Origin: an uncultured Clostridia bacterium
Lineage (GTDB): Bacteria > Bacillota > Clostridia > Christensenellales > CAG-1252
Assembly (NCBI GenBank): GCA_945482995.1
Contig: CALYRM010000005.1
Location: 1 to 51,733, forward strand
Length of the DNA: 51,733 nt
Reading direction: 5' to 3'
Position 1 is the stretch's first letter. Each line of letters opens with the position of its first letter. Below, in pieces: positions 48,463 to 51,733 of this stretch. The translations under genes were made by a program, and so were the position numbers. Below the pieces are notes generated by a model that saw only the letters and a list, made by a program, of their open reading frames with translations, was not told the origin of the DNA and searched no databases.

Positions 48463-51400
48463 TTATTTTTTAAGTTGTTTCAATCTTTGCTTTGCCGAAG
48501 CGTTGCCAAGTTTTGCAGATTTTCTATATAGTTTTAAAGCCTCTTGCTCATTTGCCTCAATCCCGTAGCCCTGTTCATAGCAAATTGCCAAATTATACAT
48601 CGCGCTAGCGTCCCCTCTATCGCTTGCCTTTTTAAACCAAGCATAAGCGTTTGCATAATCTTGTTTAACACCTGTTCCGCTTACATAATACCAAGCAACG
48701 TCATTTATTGCGTCCAAAATGTCATGTTCAGCAGCTTTTAAAGCCCACTTAAAAGCGTTTTTTGGATTCTTTTCCACGCCAAAACCGTGCTTATAACAAA
48801 TGCTAATTTTGTATTCAGCATTAACGTTCCCTAAATCTGCCGCTTTCTTATAATACTTGTACGCCAAGAGCGGATCTTTTACACAACCAAAACCTTTGAA
48901 ATAACATTGTGCTAAATAAAATATTGCATTTGTGTTGCCCGACTTTACTGCCAATGAATAGTACTTAAACGCTTCCTCGGGATTAACAGGAGAACCTAAG
49001 CCATATTCCATACAAATAGCATAATAGAAATATGCTAAATTATCCTTTCTTTGACAAGCGTTTCTAAAATGAATACAAGCTTTGTCATAATCTTTTGCAT
49101 TATAGCAACGTATTCCGTCCTCAAGCGCTGTATCAGATATTTTTGTCTTTGGAGTTTTTTCTTTATTTGCAAGATATTCTTCTATTCTCTCGATATCTTT
49201 TTCAGCAATCAATAGACCTGCTTCAAAAGCTTTTTTGTACCAAGACAAAGCATTCTTCGGATTTTTTACAAGACAGATACCGTTATCCCAGCAATATCCA
49301 TACACAAACATTGCTTCGGGAATTTCTAGTTTGGATTGCTCTTTTATAAGCTCCATTGCCTTTTTTCTATCGTCTTGACTGTCAGAGTTTAGTCGTTTTC
49401 TTGCCGTTGCCAAACGGATATTGTTTGATAAATCTAATTGATCAATCGACGTAACTTGTTTTTCTTCTTCCTTAACCTCTTCGTCCTTTTGCGGCTCGTT
49501 TGATTCGGTTTTTTCCAAAGTATCAGCTTCAATTTCTACACTTTCTACTTCGGCTTCGTCAACACTCGTATTTTCGGTTGAATCATCTCCAACCGTTCTT
49601 TCGCTCTCCTCTTGTGAGATTTCAACATTTTGCTCGTTGCTTTCCGCTACAAATTCGTTATCAAATTCTACACCATCATTTTGAGCACTTTCGCCATTTT
49701 CTTCTGTATTTTCAGCCACATCTATATCTAATTCGTCAACGTCCAATATAGAATTATCTTCTTCTCTTTGCTCGTCTATGTTCGTTGAATCGTCCGCAAC
49801 ATTTTTGGATTGAATGTCGTTTTCCTCATCCAAAGAGCCTATATTATAAACATCGGTATCATCATTTAAATCATCATTTGAGATTTGAGTATTTTCGGGA
49901 ATTTCTTCGGTTAAATTATCTGTTGATACGTCGAAACCGACAATATCAATATCCAATTCGGTGTCGTCAATAAGCGTTTTTTCTTTTTGTACGTCTTCGA
50001 TTGTAATTGTATCTGCGACTTCTTCATTAACAGGCTCATCAACTACGTCAAACTCGTCAATATCTACGATATCACTGGTTTCGTTTTGATTAATATCGTC
50101 ATTTTCAACCTTTTCAACAAATTCATCCTCTTCCACTGCTGCCGATTCGTCAACAACATTCTCGGGGATTGGTGCGGTTTCAACATTTGTAAGATCAATA
50201 TCATTTTGATTTTCCGAGTTACCTTCCAAGATTTCGTCGCTTTGTGTTTGGCTATCGTCAGCAGGCACATCTTCAGTAGAAGTATTCTTTTCTAAATCTT
50301 CTACTTCGTCAACACTTTCAACCATTTCATCTACGTTGCTTTCTTGCGTTTCATTTTCGGCAACATGTAAAACGTTGGTATCCTTTTCGTTACTTAAAAC
50401 AACGTTTATTGATTGATTATCCAATATCAAATCGTCTTCGTCAACTTTTGTTATAATATCATTAGCGGATACTACATTAGCTGACGGAATATCGTCAACT
50501 ACTTCAGTTAATTCGTTTGTATCGTCGGTGTCCACCACTTCAACCGATTTTTTATTCTCTATTACACTGTTTTCATCTGCAACAGTCTTTTCTTCTTCAA
50601 TTATCTCGATTTTTTCTAAACTATCCGATACATCCGCAATGCTTTCAGGTAAAGGTGCCGTTTCAACGTTTGTTAAATCAATGTCATTTTGAACTTCTAC
50701 GTTACTTTCCGAAGTGTTTTCATTAGTAACAATTTCTTCTATTTCTTCTACTTCGTCAATAATTTCGGATACCTCGTCCTCACTGTTTTCGCTTGATTCG
50801 GAATCTTCAACGACATCAATATCTTCTCCATGGGCGACATTGTCATCAATAACGTTTTCATTTTGTTCATTAGTTAATAAAGTATCTTCTTTTTCGGCAT
50901 CTGCAACAACGTTTAACGATTGATTATCCAAAACCATATCGTCTTCATCAACGTGTGTAATAATGTCATTTGCAGATACTACATTTTGAGCTGGAATTTC
51001 ATCAACAATTTCGTCGTCGAGAATTTCGTCTTCAAGCGAAACATTTTGATTTGACTTTAATTCTTCTTGTGGAACGTCTGCTATATCATCGACAATATCC
51101 AATTCGTCAAGAGAATTAATCGAATTAAACGAGGTTAAGTCTTCATTGCTATCAACTACGTCGTCAACTTCAATTTGGGGTTGGTCAACTGAATCCATGG
51201 TTTTAGGCGCATAAAGTTTATCGAAATAATCCTTAATATAATCGACCATCACAAGAGCGGAAGCGTAGAAAGTTTTATCATTTTTCATTGCTTCTCTTGA
51301 AAACTCTTGATATCTCAAATTTTCAATATTAGGCTTTGTTTGAGCGCCCAATTTATCGGTAACTCTAACGCCGTCAGCATTTAAAATGACCTTGATTGAA

Positions 51401-51660
51401 CACAAAAAAGAATTCCACTTTGCCAAAACCATATAATCTTTGTGGGTTTGATATAGTGATGAAGAAACGAAAAGAGACTTGTCAAAATTCCCTGCCAATC
51501 TATATGAAATCATTTCATTGATTTTATCAAATTTCTTGTCTTTAAGAACCTTAGATTTATAGTTCATTCCACAGCAAGGACAGGTGTAGTTGCCCTTTTT
51601 ATCCGGAGATATTTTACTATTACATACGTGACAATAAATATCATCAAAACTTTTTGCCAT
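48463..51660 (-). CDS. Zn-ribbon / long acidic repeat linker / Sel1-like repeat protein
   Basis: CHVC...CPCC; ~580-aa Asp/Glu-rich region; several C-terminal AxxxLAxCYxxGxGV Sel1 repeats; GAGGT SD before the ATG at 51660. Confidence 0.85.
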   Translation of the reverse strand: MAKSFDDIYCHVCNSKISPDKKGNYTCPCCGMNYKSKVLKDKKFDKINEMISYRLAGNFDKSLFVSSSLYQTHKDYMVLAKWNSFLCSIKVILNADGVRVTDKLGAQTKPNIENLRYQEFSREAMKNDKTFYASALVMVDYIKDYFDKLYAPKTMDSVDQPQIEVDDVVDSNEDLTSFNSINSLDELDIVDDIADVPQEELKSNQNVSLEDEILDDEIVDEIPAQNVVSANDIITHVDEDDMVLDNQSLNVVADAEKEDTLLTNEQNENVIDDNVAHGEDIDVVEDSESSENSEDEVSEIIDEVEEIEEIVTNENTSESNVEVQNDIDLTNVETAPLPESIADVSDSLEKIEIIEEEKTVADENSVIENKKSVEVVDTDDTNELTEVVDDIPSANVVSANDIITKVDEDDLILDNQSINVVLSNEKDTNVLHVAENETQESNVDEMVESVDEVEDLEKNTSTEDVPADDSQTQSDEILEGNSENQNDIDLTNVETAPIPENVVDESAAVEEDEFVEKVENDDINQNETSDIVDIDEFDVVDEPVNEEVADTITIEDVQKEKTLIDDTELDIDIVGFDVSTDNLTEEIPENTQISNDDLNDDTDVYNIGSLDEENDIQSKNVADDSTNIDEQREEDNSILDVDELDIDVAENTEENGESAQNDGVEFDNEFVAESNEQNVEISQEESERTVGDDSTENTSVDEAEVESVEIEADTLEKTESNEPQKDEEVKEEEKQVTSIDQLDLSNNIRLATARKRLNSDSQDDRKKAMELIKEQSKLEIPEAMFVYGYCWDNGICLVKNPKNALSWYKKAFEAGLLIAEKDIERIEEYLANKEKTPKTKISDTALEDGIRCYNAKDYDKACIHFRNACQRKDNLAYFYYAICMEYGLGSPVNPEEAFKYYSLAVKSGNTNAIFYLAQCYFKGFGCVKDPLLAYKYYKKAADLGNVNAEYKISICYKHGFGVEKNPKNAFKWALKAAEHDILDAINDVAWYYVSGTGVKQDYANAYAWFKKASDRGDASAMYNLAICYEQGYGIEANEQEALKLYRKSAKLGNASAKQRLKQLKK

Positions 51661-51733
51661 AATTACCTCATTTATTATTTCATTATTATAAACTTTTAAT
51701 ATTATAAAACACAAATTTATTTTTTGCAATTTA

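Overview
A low-GC chromosomal window from an endospore-forming Firmicute (Clostridia-like; inferred from sigE, sigG, spoIIGA and the gene set). The core content is a reduced dcw cluster (mraZ-rsmH-unknown-PBP-murE-mraY-murD-ftsW-murA-divIB-ftsA-ftsZ-spoIIGA-sigE) and tig-clpP-clpX-lon-engB. Other genes include rqcH, a GlpA-like three-gene redox cluster, a MATE pump, pilT, the GGGtGRT/IscU-like pair, mazF and tRNA-Leu(GAG). The most unusual observations are: (1) a translationally coupled hypB-[957-aa Fe-S flavoprotein]-hypA operon with no hydrogenase or urease gene in the window, a candidate new nickel-dependent enzyme system; (2) a 274-bp-period tandem duplication at the tRNA-Leu 3' end, carrying a symmetric array of linker plus mini-hairpin units and a promoter aimed at the duplicated tRNA fragment; (3) sigG inverted so it lies tail-to-tail with sigE, with overlapping stop codons; (4) a dispersed REP-like palindromic repeat family in five intergenic clusters, two of which bracket an LRR gene in inverted orientation; (5) an antitoxin-less mazF behind a sigma-K-like promoter; (6) several probable leaderless genes. 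All calls come from reading motifs by eye; no searches were run.
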